DNA of 64,000 nucleotides from Daphnia carinata (Eukaryota): the NCBI RefSeq assembly GCF_022539665.2, contig NC_081333.1:10168001-10232000 (forward strand). The letters run 5' to 3'. Below, piece after piece: positions 22,689-36,700 of this stretch. A program made the position numbers and the translations under genes. How positions within the stretch are numbered: position 1 is the first letter of the stretch; the number at the start of each line of letters is the position of its first letter. The notes under the pieces were generated by a model that was given only the letters and a program-made list of their open reading frames with translations, did not search any database and was not told where the DNA came from.

Positions 22689-23055
22689 TCTGGGCTCCCT
22701 TCCTTTCCGTAGCCCCGTTTCCCCTTGACTCGTAATAAGCCCGTAGGGGGTCATGCCCCTACTGTACGGTATATATAAAAACAACATATACCGAGGTTTG
22801 GAGGGCTCTGGCCGGAAAGGGGACGTGGGGGTCCGCTTAGTCCGATGATGTGTTCACGGAGGGCGTCGTGGCTACCCACAAATCCGAACTAAAGGTTAAT
22901 CGCTCCTGTAAAAATGTTCCAAATCTTCAGCTCTTCTTCCGGCTTCTCTTAGCCAATCACCGGGTAATCTCCCCGGTGGGTCAACAAGGCAGTGTCTCCC
23001 CCTGCCTGGGTTGACGGCAACTTTTGAAAGGGCTATTGTGCCTTTTTAAAGTTGC
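22689..23055 (+). ncRNA. Copy of the structured segment (C left)
   Basis: Near-identical copy. Confidence 0.4.
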
Positions 23056-23265
23056 AAAAATAATTGTAATGTGCAGAGAATTGTCAATAAAATTTTTTTT
23101 ATAAAATAATATTTGCAAAATTTGTTTCTTTCATTGTCTGTGTTCACACATTACATTTATCAACTTTTTTTTTATTTACCTTGCTCAATTCACCTTTATT
23201 GTTTATGCCACCTTTGATGGTAAGCATTGTTTCCATTGGTTTATCATTTATCTGTAAGCATTCAA

Positions 23266-23688
23266 TTATTATCCAGGGATCGAACCCTGGATGTTCGGCA
23301 TACCGGGCCAATGCTCTACCAATGAGCCATGAATCATATGATGTCAAGTTGGCTTTTTTCTAGTCACTTGCGGACTTGCATTTACACTTTGAATAAAACT
23401 GAAATACAATACTGCAATATTCTTTTCTACATTTAGATGTAGATCTTTATACATCTACTAAGGTTTGAACCCAGGGTAACAGTTTTCGCAGCTGAATGCT
23501 CTACCACAGAGTTATGGACGTTATGTAAGCAAAAGAAAGATAAACATATAGTTGTGAAAGACTGCATAAACATCCTATACGATAACATATGATATGCGAT
23601 AATAAAAAATTTAGATATATCTCTTGGCTCAATGTTAGAGCATCGCCGTTGCACGCTGAATGTCTGGGGATCGATTCCCATAACAGTA
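23266..23688. pseudogene. Cluster of three tRNA-derived units in the C spacer (23266-23336 -, ~23450-23520 -, ~23618-23688 +)
   Basis: Diverged copy in the same orientation as B; box A/B motifs are retained. Confidence 0.65.
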
Positions 23689-23883
23689 AAACAATATACA
23701 AATACAAAATTACTTCAGAAAATATCCAGGTATTACACGTTGTTCCTTGTCTAAGTTCAAAAATTCAAAAAGTGTAATAAATAATAATTGAATACTTACA
23801 GATGAACGATACAACAAATTTTGCAAAAATTATTTTATAAAAAAAATTTTATTGACAATTCTCTGCACATTACAATTATTTTT

Positions 23884-24250
23884 GCAACTTTAAAAAGGCA
23901 CAATAGCCCTTTCAAAAGTTGCCGTCAACCCAGGCAGGGGGAGACACTGCCTTGTTGACCCACCGGGGAGATTACCCGGTGATTGGCTAAGAGAAGCCGG
24001 AAGAAGAGCTGAAGATTTGGAACATTTTTACAGGAGCGATTAACCTTTAGTTCGGATTTGTGGGTAGCCACGACGCCCTCCGTGAACACATCATCGGACT
24101 AAGCGAACCCCCACGTCCCCTTTCCGGCCAGAGCCCTCCAAACCTCGGTATATGTTGTTTTTATATATACCGTACAGTAGGGGCATGACCCCCTACGGGC
24201 TTATTACGAGTCAAGGGGAAACGGGGCTACGGAAAGGAAGGGAGCCCAGA
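23884..24250 (-). ncRNA. Copy of the structured segment (C right)
   Basis: Reverse-complement copy. Confidence 0.4.
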
Positions 24251-25152
24251 TATGCACTTCAATTTTTTAAATATAAAATACCGTCTCGGGAATCCGAATG
24301 AAGCATAAAAATGTCATGTCATCCATTCAATCATTACAATTTATTCAGTGTCTTGCCCCAACCAAGAATCTTTTCAGATCCAATGTTACTATTAACCTAT
24401 GCTGAGAAAAGAAAAACAACACCATTAAGCATCTCAATTGTTGCTCATGTGACTTACATGACTTACATATTCAACTTCTGGCAGAAGCTTGGGAAAGGCC
24501 ATACAAATTGCAGATGAAAATCATTGTATAAGGCTCTTGAATGATAAAATAGCACCCGTAGAATGTTGCATTGTTGATAGTTGTGTTCCCAGTATGCTGA
24601 AAATCCTTTCCTATTGTATAAATTTTTTTTTATAGATTAGACATGGTTGGCAAAAAGCAGGAGAAATGCTTTGTCATAAATTCAAAAAATTTTCAAGAAA
24701 ATTCCTTTCATACCTAAAAAGTCCATGTATGATGTTCATCGCTGCAATGCCAACGAAATGAAACATCTTTAGGGCCATTTAAGTACCCAGCTTCACCAAC
24801 ACTCTGAACGTAAAGGACAAGTTGTTCTTTAGCAAGAGAAGCAGAATTATTTGAGGCTTCTAGTTGTGACAGAACTATAAAGGATTGCTGTTATACAGGA
24901 TTCATTCACACAAGATGGTACTTCTCATTAGAAAATTTGCATACTCTATTACTTTACCTCATACCTTAATGGTAATGCACTTTCAGTGTTTTTCAACTGT
25001 AGGCTCACTCTTCCATCCTGTAACACTTTCAGACTTGACTTGATCCCCCACTAAAATTCTGTGAATGCCAAATAATAGCATTAAAAATACTTTTTCGATA
25101 GACAAAAAACCGAAAAGTACCTAATTCATGTTTTATGTATGTTGAACTCATG

Positions 25153-25729
25153 CTATTTCTGGGTTTCCGTACCACACCCATTTTCAGCCCAAATACGGTC
25201 CCACAATTGTTCACTTCCTTCGCTGCATGGACTTATTACTAACAATTCTTTTAGTGCAGCACTAACAGAATTTAACTTTAACACACTGTCAGGTGGTAGA
25301 CTGAATAACTAAACAATAAATAATTGTTTGTTAAAATTCTAAACTTATTTTGAATTCTTATTTGAAAAGTTTAGGTACCTGACTGTGTTCGCCTAATGCC
25401 AATTCATCCTCATGTTCAGTTAGGGATGAGTTTGGAAAAACCTCCTTCACTGTTTGGAAACTGTTCCATTCCAATTTGTTCTTTTCCCCTAGCTGAGCTT
25501 GTAGACTCAAAATTTGAGCTACAAAACACAAATGAATAAAAGCAAATAAATAGAATCATTACGTATTAGGCCTTACCATCCTTAGCTTTGCTGTTATCTA
25601 ATATTTTGTGTTGTTCCAATAATTGGACCTGCAGCTTCATAATTTGATCTAATAAACAATAATTAATAATTGAAAACCAATATAATAATGTTTATACTTA
25701 CCATCCTTTTGTTGTATTATCTTATCCAT
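25153..25729 (-). pseudogene. Arm gene copy with premature TAG, right arm of C
   Basis: ATG at 25729 on the minus strand, stop at 25155-25153. Confidence 0.55.
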
Positions 25730-26044
25730 TTTTCAATTGTTCCTCCAGCCACGCGTTATTCTCCAGCCACGCTACTGAACTAACTGCGAATGGCATCCAA
25801 TGGACTGAAATTGCCTACGCCAGTAATAACGAGTCTGAGCGGTAGATGGCTACGTGTCGGAAAAAAAGAAAAAAGTGCGATTTTTTTTTTTTCCGCCATT
25901 TTTTTTTTTTAATGTAAAACGGATTGCCATATGTAAAACGGATTGCCATATCGCAATCCCGATCACGAAAAAAAAATTTATCGCGGATCCGATTATTTTT
26001 AACGATCTACCTTTTCGCCATCTAGTGGTCGATTTGGCTATCGT

Positions 26045-26425
26045 AGAAAAGTCGGGCTTATTTAGTCGGGCTTAAATTTTTTTCTGCAAAACCCGGAACT
26101 CATCGGAAGTGGTTGAATATCACAGCATGTACCCAAAATTGACTGCTGATTCCGTTAAATTTGTTATTTTTTTCATTAAGTTAACTATTTTGGAAATACA
26201 CCGAATATTTCTGCTGCATTGCGCTAGCGCTGTAGCGTACTGGCGCGCTAGCATTCCGTCAAATATTCGGTGTATTTAAAAAACAATTGACTCAATGAAA
26301 AAAATAACAATTTTATCGGAATCAGCATTCAATTTTGAGTATATTGCGATACTCAACCACTTCCAATGAGTTCCGGTTTTTGCAGAAAAAAAATTTAAGC
26401 CCAGCTAAATAAGCCCGACTTTTCT
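26045..26425. repeat. MITE-like palindrome with ~165-bp imperfect inverted arms
   Basis: AGAAAAGTCGGGCTTATTTAG...AAATACACCGAATATTT mirrored by AAATATTCGGTGTATTT...CTAAATAAGCCCGACTTTTCT. Confidence 0.8.
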
Positions 26426-26741
26426 TATTTTTTGCACGAATATTCAGAGTAATTCAAAAACGGCTGACCTGATCAGAAAACGAGTGGCATTTTTTGAATC
26501 AGCGTTAAATTTTGATTATATTGTGTAATTTTCATCAAATTCCAAGAGATGTCATTTTTGGCCGATTTTAACAAAAGTGGTAAGGCTATATAGTCTTTGA
26601 ACTTTTTCATTTTTGGCTAGATTTTAATTTTCGTTTAAAATACATGATTTCAATTCAAAATTAAACGCTTATCACGGAAATCAAATTGATTTTCCAATGG
26701 GTTTTATGGTTTGTTAATTAAACGTAAAAAAGGAAAAATAA

Positions 26742-26895
26742 AGAAAAGTCGGGCTTATTATTTAATCGGGCTTAAAAAATTTGTCTGCAAAAACCGGCAC
26801 TCATCTGAATTGGTTGAATATCACAGGATATACTTAAAATTGACTGCTGATTCCGATAAAATTGTTATTTTTCTGACTGAGTTAACCATTTTGAA
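26742..26895 (+). repeat. Third, diverged copy of the palindrome arm
   Basis: AGAAAAGTCGGGCTTATT...GACTGCTGATTCCGATAAAATTGTTATTTTT matches 26045-26195. Confidence 0.75.
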
Positions 26896-29800
26896 TTTAA
26901 TCCAAGATTTATATGTTCAGCTGGCCATATGGCCAAGGTTTCCATTAGGATCTCTGCATGTGTACTGAAAACAAAAATGCCAATCGAGTGTCTTGATCGA
27001 CATGAAAGGGCAGCTGATTGGGGCAGGAAACATGTAGTATTAGTAAGATATTACCCGAAGACTCGTTTATTAACGTGGGAATAGTTTCGTCTGACGAAGG
27101 AGTATAAACAAGCACAACGATAAAAAATAGAAGACGAGGTAAGTGATGGTCTGACTGTTACTGCATAGTATAAGACAAACCAGACAAAAAGAAGTGGTAA
27201 TGTTCCTGGTGTTAAAATCCGCCGAGGATTAAATAGTGGGATCAGCCTTTCAATCAAGCTATAAATGGCTCCGTTTCTTCACCAATAACTTACCTAGCAA
27301 TTTTTAGAATTAATTCAAAATAACGATCACAGTTGGCATTGGTTTAAAAATTTCAAGATATCAGACTGAGAGTTTTTTATTTGCAATATGTTCTGGCCAA
27401 ACCAGGAAAATAATTATAAGCACGGCAATCTAATAATTTAGCCTGTATTATTTTGAAGTCGATAGTAAAATGGGAAGCTTTAGAGGGTCAATTAATTACT
27501 TTATTATTGCCTGTAGAACGTCGTAAGAGAGCTGTTTCGCATTCTTTGTCATTACATTTCCTTCCGCCCGACTATTAAACGTGCTTGGCATTCATATACG
27601 CTTCACTAATGCCCTTACCGTAACATTTTTCAGCCTGTCTTTTTTTATGTTTTAACCTATGCATGTGAACTGTGGCGTAGACTGATGTAAGGCGCACCCC
27701 AATCCGCTTGTAGTCCTTGTTAAATGGATCGCTTAAAATACTGAAGCTTACATGGGTGATTACACAAGCACTTTCCTCTGTGGTTTATTTGGCGAAGACT
27801 TCAGTTTCTACACACAAAAAAAGACGTTAAACTTTTATTACGTTATTCCATGCTGTTCTCCTAGCCAATACTTAGAAAAAGATTGACTATTGTGGTTTGC
27901 CTGATACGATTTAAGAACAAATTCTCGATGAAGTATTTGCGATTGAATATGGACATCATAAGAAATTGAATTTCCTCCGTAAAATTGCTATTGCTTATTT
28001 CCTACATTCTTGTTCCCATTTCTACAACCAGAAATTCCAAGAATGTAAAACAATTATATCTTAACCAAGGAAAAATGTTCCCAGTCTCTATTATTATCGG
28101 AAGAACTGGATAGGCATCTTTTTTTTAATGTTATATGTACCATATGACGTCTACATTGCGCCTGAATGCCAATAAATCACCCAGCTCTTTTATCCCAATA
28201 CTAAGATGAGCACATTTTAAAACCATCTAAAACAATTCATGGCTGTTACTTCTATTCTACGTCGCACGCGTACAGCGAATAGCTTGTCTACAAATAAGTT
28301 GATACGCAATCAAACGGATCATAACTAGGGAAGTTTAAAAATCGTTTTTATTCTTTAAACGAAAGTTAGGCAACCAGGGCACGTAGGTGTTACATTGTCA
28401 ATATAAACTTAGCTTTACTCCAACATTTGCACGCTATTGTGTTTGACAATGAGCCATGCATGCAACCAACAAACGAGCTTCTGCGTGTAAAATTCGTGTT
28501 ACTACTGCTGATAGGTAAACATACATCTACTCATTTTGGGCTGAATTTAATTTGCGCGAGCTTTCGCTGTCGACGTGAAAGTATTACAATTTATTATAGA
28601 TAACCTAGTTTATCAGTACCCTCGTTTCATTGTTTTTTGGGGGTGGATGCCCTACGCACGCTCCCTACACCTAAAGCGTCTTCTGTTTCTCTCTGTCTAT
28701 TCTATACGACACCAAGGGTAATCAGTAGAAAATAGGAGACAATACATGATTACATATATATACGGCCCGGACAAGTAATAACGTAGTAACACGTTTGTAT
28801 TGGTATCGATTGGCATCAAAAGCCGTTCATTGCAGTAAAAACTAAACTGTTTTTTTTTTCTCTTCTATATATGGATAGTGTTAGAGATTACGACCATTTC
28901 TTGGACTATCTATTCCCGATCCTCAATAAGCCCCTGTTTACGTGCTTGTATATATAGAAACGCTTACTATACTCATAACGCAGAAGAGGAACCTTATTGT
29001 CGGAAGACAGTTATAATTACGGATTGTGGATTTGCCCCCACAACATATACTGACAGGTTACGAAAGACGTGAAATAATTAACCTTTGCAAATAGTGAAAT
29101 ATGAGCGAGACGGGTTGTGTCACCATCAATATCCTCTTTCAAATTTTGTTTTTGTTTTATAATTTATAGACTCATCTCCTTTTCGATCGTTTTGAATCTA
29201 TCATACTGAATACACAAGGATCGAATTTCTATGGACAGGTTCCAAAGCCTGCCCAGCTGTGCGGCGAGCCATAGCGCCGTTTCTGTGCACATAATAGTTT
29301 GGTCCTCTAATTCCCCGGTTTTAGTATTGAGACTTCAATTCAAATTGAATCGGCGCCGATATAAGATGATTCAATTTATTATTTTTTTTTTGTCCTTGAA
29401 TATTTAACTAGGTCATAGGTTTGCCGACTGAAATTTAACATGCCGCGATGCAGTGAGGGTTATTTTCAATGGCCTCATATCTATAGGCTACAGGTGAAAG
29501 AGATACGGGCGGCTATCACAGATGGCTGAAATACGTGACGAAGAGATGGGCCGCCTTTTTGCTTTTTCTGCCTGAATGGCTCTCAATTTCACGTTCAGTT
29601 GAATGAGTCTCAATGTCTCATTAAAGTAGTCTAGGCTACTACCGTTCCGAAATAGAAAAACTTCAAAGAACCTATTATATTTCCTGCCCGCTCAACGTTG
29701 CTCATTTTTAAAAGATGTAAATTAAAACTTTCAGATTCCAACATCGTCTAATGTTTTTTTTTATGTTTTTGTCAAAGGAACAACTAAACTTCTCTTCCAT

Positions 29801-30773
29801 TCTTCTGCCCATACAAATTTTTTCCTTTTATCTCTTACTTGATCGATACAAGCATCAAGCACGTAGCTAGAGTTTTAAATGTACAATTACGCATACCAAT
29901 GCTGCCACCCGGCTGACACAGCGTAACACGACATTTTACCCAAAAAATGTAATAAATAGGCATCAGCCTGACTAAAACATTTGAATAAGTGTTTAGTGAT
30001 CAACTCGATAGAAATGCAAAAGGGCCCTTTCATCAAAAATTGATTTTTTTTTCACGTCACATTACGTAATTTGTTCGCGAACCGGTTCGATTATAATTGC
30101 CCGAGCATCCATATAATTGTCAACCATTGCCAGAGCGTTAGAAATGTATAATGCTCTTCTACTTTTTCGTGGGACGTCGCTGATAATATACAGTATGCCC
30201 AATTGACTTCTATAACAATTTAAGGAGATTCCCAATCAAAGTTGGTTGAAATATTTTTGAAAAGCAAACGTACCCTCTTTATTGGTCTAATCTGGCACAA
30301 CCCTGGCTTCCGGTCCCGACGATATGATTATTTTCCCTTTCGGCTATTGGGAGAGAAAATCTTTTATGTTACTGTGTATCCCATTATTTACCCGATAACA
30401 TTCCCGCAGAATCAGAAAACGGACATGTCATCTAATGAGATCGTCTCAAGACTATCAGGCTTCAGCAAGGAAATCGCTATGAATTTAAATATCCATTTTT
30501 CTTTCACTAGTACAAAATGGCGTCATGGGGGCTTAGTCGTCTGGCGCCTGCGTCCCTCCACTTTGTAAAGGTCCACTTTTCAGCGTTACTGGTAGTTCTA
30601 GCCCTAAAGATGCGGACAGATTCCTTCATTCAGTATTCTATCTGTTCAACTGGAAGTGGCTGCTTGAGAACGTCCGTGTTAAGAAAGACATAAGTTCAGA
30701 GATTGCATGTCTGTGCCATTGTTTCAGGGTCTAGCGAAAGTACCACGTAGTTAGTGAAAAAGTCTGTTTCAAA

Positions 30774-33700
30774 ATGAGTGTTTCAATTTTTGGAACAATG
30801 ACTTCCGAGGTAGATGCAGAACACTTGAGCTCGGATGCGCTATTCTATCCGTCTTGTGAAAATGCAACAACTGTTACCGACATCTCGCAATTCAATTTCA
30901 GCGAATTTGACTATCCAGGCGGGGGCGGCCCTTGGCCTCCACCCCTTGACTTTATTTCCGCTATGAAAATCACCTTTTGTGTAATCAACATGATCGTATC
31001 TATTCTTGGAAACTGTGCCGTCATCATTGCTGTCTATCACAACCCGGCGCTCAGATCGACCATCAATTTTTATCTGGTAAATAGCCTAGTTACCTCTCTG
31101 TATGTGTACTATTCCTATTTTAGATATGAATCAAGTAGTTCAAAATCATTCCAACATTTCTGATAGCCTAGTCATGGCTGCTATGGTTTCATGCTTAAAA
31201 TAAATGTTTGTGATTTAAATAAGAAATCATTGAAGTGGGACTCGATTACGGAGCGTCATTGAAATAACGGTGATGAGCTGCTCATTTCAAACTTGCGCGC
31301 CGCTGGAAATCTTTGAAAAAAATTAGGTCACCTAAATGCATCATCAACATTTTGATGGAGCAATTTTTTTCCTTCGCTAGGTCAACTTGGCGGTGGCTGA
31401 CGTCTTGATCGCCCTGTGCTGCATGTGGCCGCATCTGGTCAACGATTTGACGAAACCAGCGTTCATTTTGGGGGCGTTCATGTGCAAATTCAACGCATTT
31501 GCTCAAAGTAAGTAATTCCCAAAGTTCTGAAAATGCACAGGACAAAGTCACTTGTGCTGGTGTTATATCCGTTTGGCGATCACCAGTCCAGTTGTGTCCA
31601 GGTTTGTTCTGATTCCAACTTATGGAACTTCACAGGTAGATATAAAGTAGGTTGAAACTAGAGCGATAGCAAGTTGTATTCAGTACGCAACGTTGTTCTT
31701 CCCTATTGCCCATAATTTTACTATAGATAATAAACTCTCTCAACGCAAAATTTGTGTGACGTTGCCCAGGTGTGGCTAGTGAAAATAAGTTCTGTTGGCT
31801 ACTGAGCTCAATCTCATTAACGAGGTTTTAATTATCAGCGTGATAATCCTTCACTTTGTCAAACTGTTCAAAAGCATCTTTGTAGCCATGGGTTCGAATG
31901 AAAACCAACAACGGCCGGCACCCGTCAACGTTAATAATGGTGCAGATTTGGCGTGATTATTAAGTGCAATTTTACCAGACAAATGAACTAGAATTTAGAG
32001 ATTATTTTTAAAGCGAAAAGCTATTTTATAACCATCCTAGTCGAGACGCTGTACGCTAAACATATCCTTTCAGCTAATGGAACTTCAAAACCACAACAAG
32101 GAAAGCGATTTTTCAGTATGTTAGTGCGAAAATTATGACAACGAATCCATACAACTTTAATTGGTAAACATATATCCATGTCAACATGAAGAAAACGAAA
32201 GCTAGTTAGGTTCTGTAATTCTTAAAAATTAAATAGCAAAGATGAAGAGAATGCTTTGTGTCTAACAAGGTCTTCTAATTTCTAATACGGTGCAAGAACT
32301 CATTAAGAAAACCTTCATATGAGAAACGTATTTTACCTCTGGCAGTGTTATGCATGTGTCTGCTTGTTCGGCAAATTTAGACTGAATTCAATACTTTCCC
32401 CTTTGAAACCCTACAATAGAATCAAACGTACATTCATGATTCATGAAGAAAATAATTTTTTTTTTAATTAGTCGGCGGTTAATTCAACCATTCAACAATG
32501 CCTTTATACAACTAAGGACTTTATTTTGGAACATGCGGAAAATTAGTAAACCGAAATTAAACACATTTTTGTTACAGAAATGTTGCAGTCTTATTCAAAC
32601 AGAACGGCACACATCGACAGGAAATTAGTTGACCGAAAATCATTTTGAATGTCGAAGATTCGTTAGTTTATACATATACTTTCTAAATATATCTCTTGTT
32701 AGTTGGACTAAGTAAACTTGATCGATTTAATTTCCTTGGAGGATACGAATAGTAGAAAACAGGACGTTTAAAAAAATCGCTGAAGAAAACACTGATTGCC
32801 TGTAACTGGTGTCACTGATGCGATTTCTAGGCATCAAAATAGATAAAAGACCCATTGTTGGAAAGAAAAACCTATTCAACTGTCTTGTTCTATATATACA
32901 CACACATTTTCATTTCAATCAATAGTTTTCGTTTAGATTTGTATCGATCGATGGTGACAGAAAATATGGTCTAAAACGTCGAGTGGCGTTTACCGAACCA
33001 TCGCTTTAACCGAATGCCAACAGTAAATCTACTGTTGTTAGGGCGTGAATGGCTTGCCTACTGGACAACAGACGAGATGATGTTTGCTACGAGCAAGTTG
33101 ATCTCTTCGTAGCTCGAGTGTCGGTCCAAGACGTCATGAGTTTTTAGTTTCCGGTTTCCACGGCCAACAGCGCCGCACACGCGAGCAGCCATCGGTGTTT
33201 ATTCAGAGCTTTCAAATGGAAATCCATATTCGAAAATGAAGTTGCCTTAGCTTGCCGCTGGGATACAAAAGACAAAAGTTTAAGCCGCGTTGAAACGGAA
33301 GCGACATCGCAGGTGGCCTGCCTTCATCGTCAAACTCGACAATAGGTAAACATCACAGGGTTAAAAACTTTTTTTGTCGCAGAAGGTTGGCCTCATTTCC
33401 TTTCTGCGAAGAAAACCCAGGGCCGTCCATTATCCCCGGACAATCAAAACCCAAAACTACTGGGCACATTCGTCCACCCACGTATAATGGTAGCGTCAGG
33501 GAAACGCCATCATTTCAGTACTTGCCTAGAGGGAATTGAACTGTAGCAGCAAAAACAGAACTATTGAGCGTTATATAAACCAGAAAATGGCATAATGAAA
33601 GAGGCAACCTGGTAATACCAAGTATTATTTTTATTATTATGATTATTATTTCTCCGGGTGAAATGGGGGTCTCTGCGCAACTAAAGAGACAAAAGAACAA

Positions 33701-36700
33701 GGCCGTTGTTGTCATTTTCCGTTTTATTTTATTTTTGCTAGGACCGAAGGCCCACGAAAAACAAATGTGGAACCGTTGCTTTCAACAGAACTCTAATAAA
33801 GAAAAGCTTGGATGAAGTATTGACGTTACCAACATCAGATTAAAGTAGACTATTTTAGTTGATTTTTTCAAACTTTTTGTTTTTGATAAAAGTGCCCAAG
33901 GGACCCATTTAGAAGACGAAAATGTATACATGTTTCTTTGGTCAATGCCATTCACCGAATGGAACGAAAGCCAGGCCAAAACTAAAAGATACTGCGACGT
34001 GGTAAATAGCGAATCAGAAAAGAGTTACCTCTTTCTCCGTTAGGATAGATGTAGAAGCATTCAAGCGGACAACCTTGGTAACACATTTTGCGGAGATCAA
34101 ACCTGCCTATTTGTAAGAAAAATCAAATGCCAACACCCTATCGGTTGCTAAACTAGGTTCCTGGAACTTACTACTCGAGGGGATCTGCCAATCTCGCGCC
34201 TCACAAAGTGGAAGTCCGGATCGCAAACAAGTTTGGCTTCTTCAGTATAATCGTAATTTCCGAATATAATTGAACGTTCATGTGCTCGGGCACATCCCAA
34301 CTCCACTTTTAATGGCATGATTATTTCAAGCTTGTTTATAATTTCAAAACTTTTACAGCGTTTATAACAATTGCCAAATCAATCAGCGCAAATAAGGAAA
34401 AATTTATGTGCCATGAATTTAGAGCCATTGTTGTCGCCCGCCCATTTAGTTTGTTACAAATCGAATGAGCCTACCAACGCAAACAATAAAAAAATATTTG
34501 AATTAATTTGGCAGTCAACGCCAAATAAAGGGAGAACCTTGCACGGAATACATAAAATCAGCGCAGTAGTTTATTGAGAAAACAAGGGCTCATTAATCAT
34601 GGGAGCGCTTGAGTGTGGAAAACGCAAAGTCACCAGCAAACAGAGATTGCTACAAGTCTTTAATGGAATCGGCAGCGTCTTTGTAATCATCGTTTCCGCA
34701 AACACCACAGGGAGGGAGGAAAAGAAAGGCTGCGGTAAGCGTTTAAGGCCCGACAATGCACTTCAAATAAAACATATCAGACTTTTGGGAGCTCGCCGAA
34801 CTCATCACTCACTTTGGTAAATGGAATTCCCGACGGCATAAAATGCAGAAAACAAACGGCGTGAACGCGCTTAGCATGAAGCATAAAATATTGAACTGAT
34901 GGTTGTCTTGAGAAGGAAACAGCAAATCGCTCAAGATGCAATCTGTGTGTATTGTATTCTAGCTCTTTTTTTTTTTTAAATATTGATAGAATGTTTGAGA
35001 TGATTGCCGGAGCTAGAACATTTCGCTTAAAATTTGATGGATTATTTCAAAATATTTTTGTTTAGCAATTTTTCTTAAAAATACTCGCGAACGATCGCTG
35101 TTACCGAATCTATTACGAATCGCTTTACAGTTGGGTAATGGGTCTGTTGATTGTTACACGCCTATCGGTGTATCACATTTTTTGTTATGGTGGCATATTT
35201 CAACGAGGCTATATATGCAACTAAAAGGTTTTTTGTTATCTGTTCGCCTTTATATTTTGCAGCTTTGCACTTCCCTATTTTTTTACGCCGTACAACGCAT
35301 AGTGCCCTATAAGCGTATATTCCTATTGTGATGACGCCGAAAGTTCTTCAAGCCCATTGTTGACAACGAAAATACTTTCAAATTGAACGTTGTTTTCGAG
35401 GAATTTTGTTATCGTCACATGTCATACGATAGCGTAACCTCAGTTCCCTTTCAATATTTTACTTTTAAGAGTTAATGATTCGTGGAACGTGCGATGCCAG
35501 CAAATACTTGGATAATAATCCTGTATCGTTGGAATCCCCTGTGCGTATTTACACCATATTCCCCTAGATTTAAATGGCCGTGTAGTTGTCATGGCCATTG
35601 TCCACTCGCCTTCACAACCGTTCCTATTACTACGTCGCAATGCGCTTATTATACTGACTCCATCCTTATGAAAATAGAAGAGGAAGCAAGCCAGAGATAC
35701 CCTATCCATGAGGTTACAGTGTATACGTATTGCAATCCAAGGGGACAGATACATATACAGTTTGTTTTAAATCTTCACCACAAGATAGAGAAAGGTTTCC
35801 GGCCAACTCATGTACGCATATTGAGATAAATCTCGGATTTTCTCCTATACTTACGCCATACTTAGCGTAGTGAACATAAGAAACCTTAAGCTAATAACAT
35901 CTCATCAGCCAAAGGACGACATGGACTGCGGGGTTTTATCGACAGCTGTTCCTTGGACGCAAAGTCCGTGGGCAAAATGAGGCAATCAGACAAAGCTCTA
36001 CTACCGGATCAATGCAACACATAAATCGCCTTTTTTGTTTCTGTTTTTTTTTCACCCTGATTAGTTTGCAGTTTCCGGCGTTCCTTATATAACGTCACTT
36101 TTAATCCGGCAGCCATTTTGCTGCCAATGTTGATGGTTGCAAAAAAAGAGCATTACAGCTGAGATTCCGTTCTTCCTTCTAATATGTATCAGTGCAGATG
36201 GAAAATGAATCAGGAAAGAAAACATTCATCGTGGCGACAACCACTCCCGGTTCACCACTATCGTGCATCAATGTCCAACGAAATTGGAATCAGAGAACTC
36301 AAGGAAACATAAAAAAAGGGGGAAAAGTATTGCTGTTTAAATGATGCTAAGATCATTGATGGTTATAAATTACCCTAACAAGTTCAGGGTTAAGGCGATG
36401 AAATTTAAAATCGGCATATAGATGCTGGGAACTGGCCAGGATTGAGACATGAAACAGTCGAATGGTGCAGCAATATTTCGCTGTTTTTAAAAGGGAAAGA
36501 AAATGTTTGTCCGTATAACGGTATGCAAACATTCACTTCCTTGTAGGGAGATTAATGCTTTCGAGCTATTCAAATGTTCTCTTCCATGCTGCGTTCTTTC
36601 CTCGTTTACGTATATCGACAGCGAATAGCTCAAGTTTTTTTTTCTAGGTCATTTACCACGATCTCCTCTCACTTCCGCCAAGTGCTATCAAAGGCATTAG

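Larger units (their letters stand above)
6228..25950. mobile_element. Outer element C of a nested foldback-type DNA transposon array (IS3EU-like ends); its left end is split by insertions A and B
   Basis: The left terminus TATGGCAATCCGTTTTA (6228-6244) resumes at 12656-12753 and again at 19168. Left arm runs to ~23260, spacer ~23260-23790, inverted right arm to CGGATTGCCATA at 25931, with the terminus repeated to 25950. Confidence 0.8.

Noticed and set aside
6228..25950. CRISPR-like array or a transposase-encoding autonomous element
   Set aside because: The repeats are kilobase inverted arms, not short repeats with unique spacers. I found no recognisable DDE, HUH or tyrosine-recombinase ORF.
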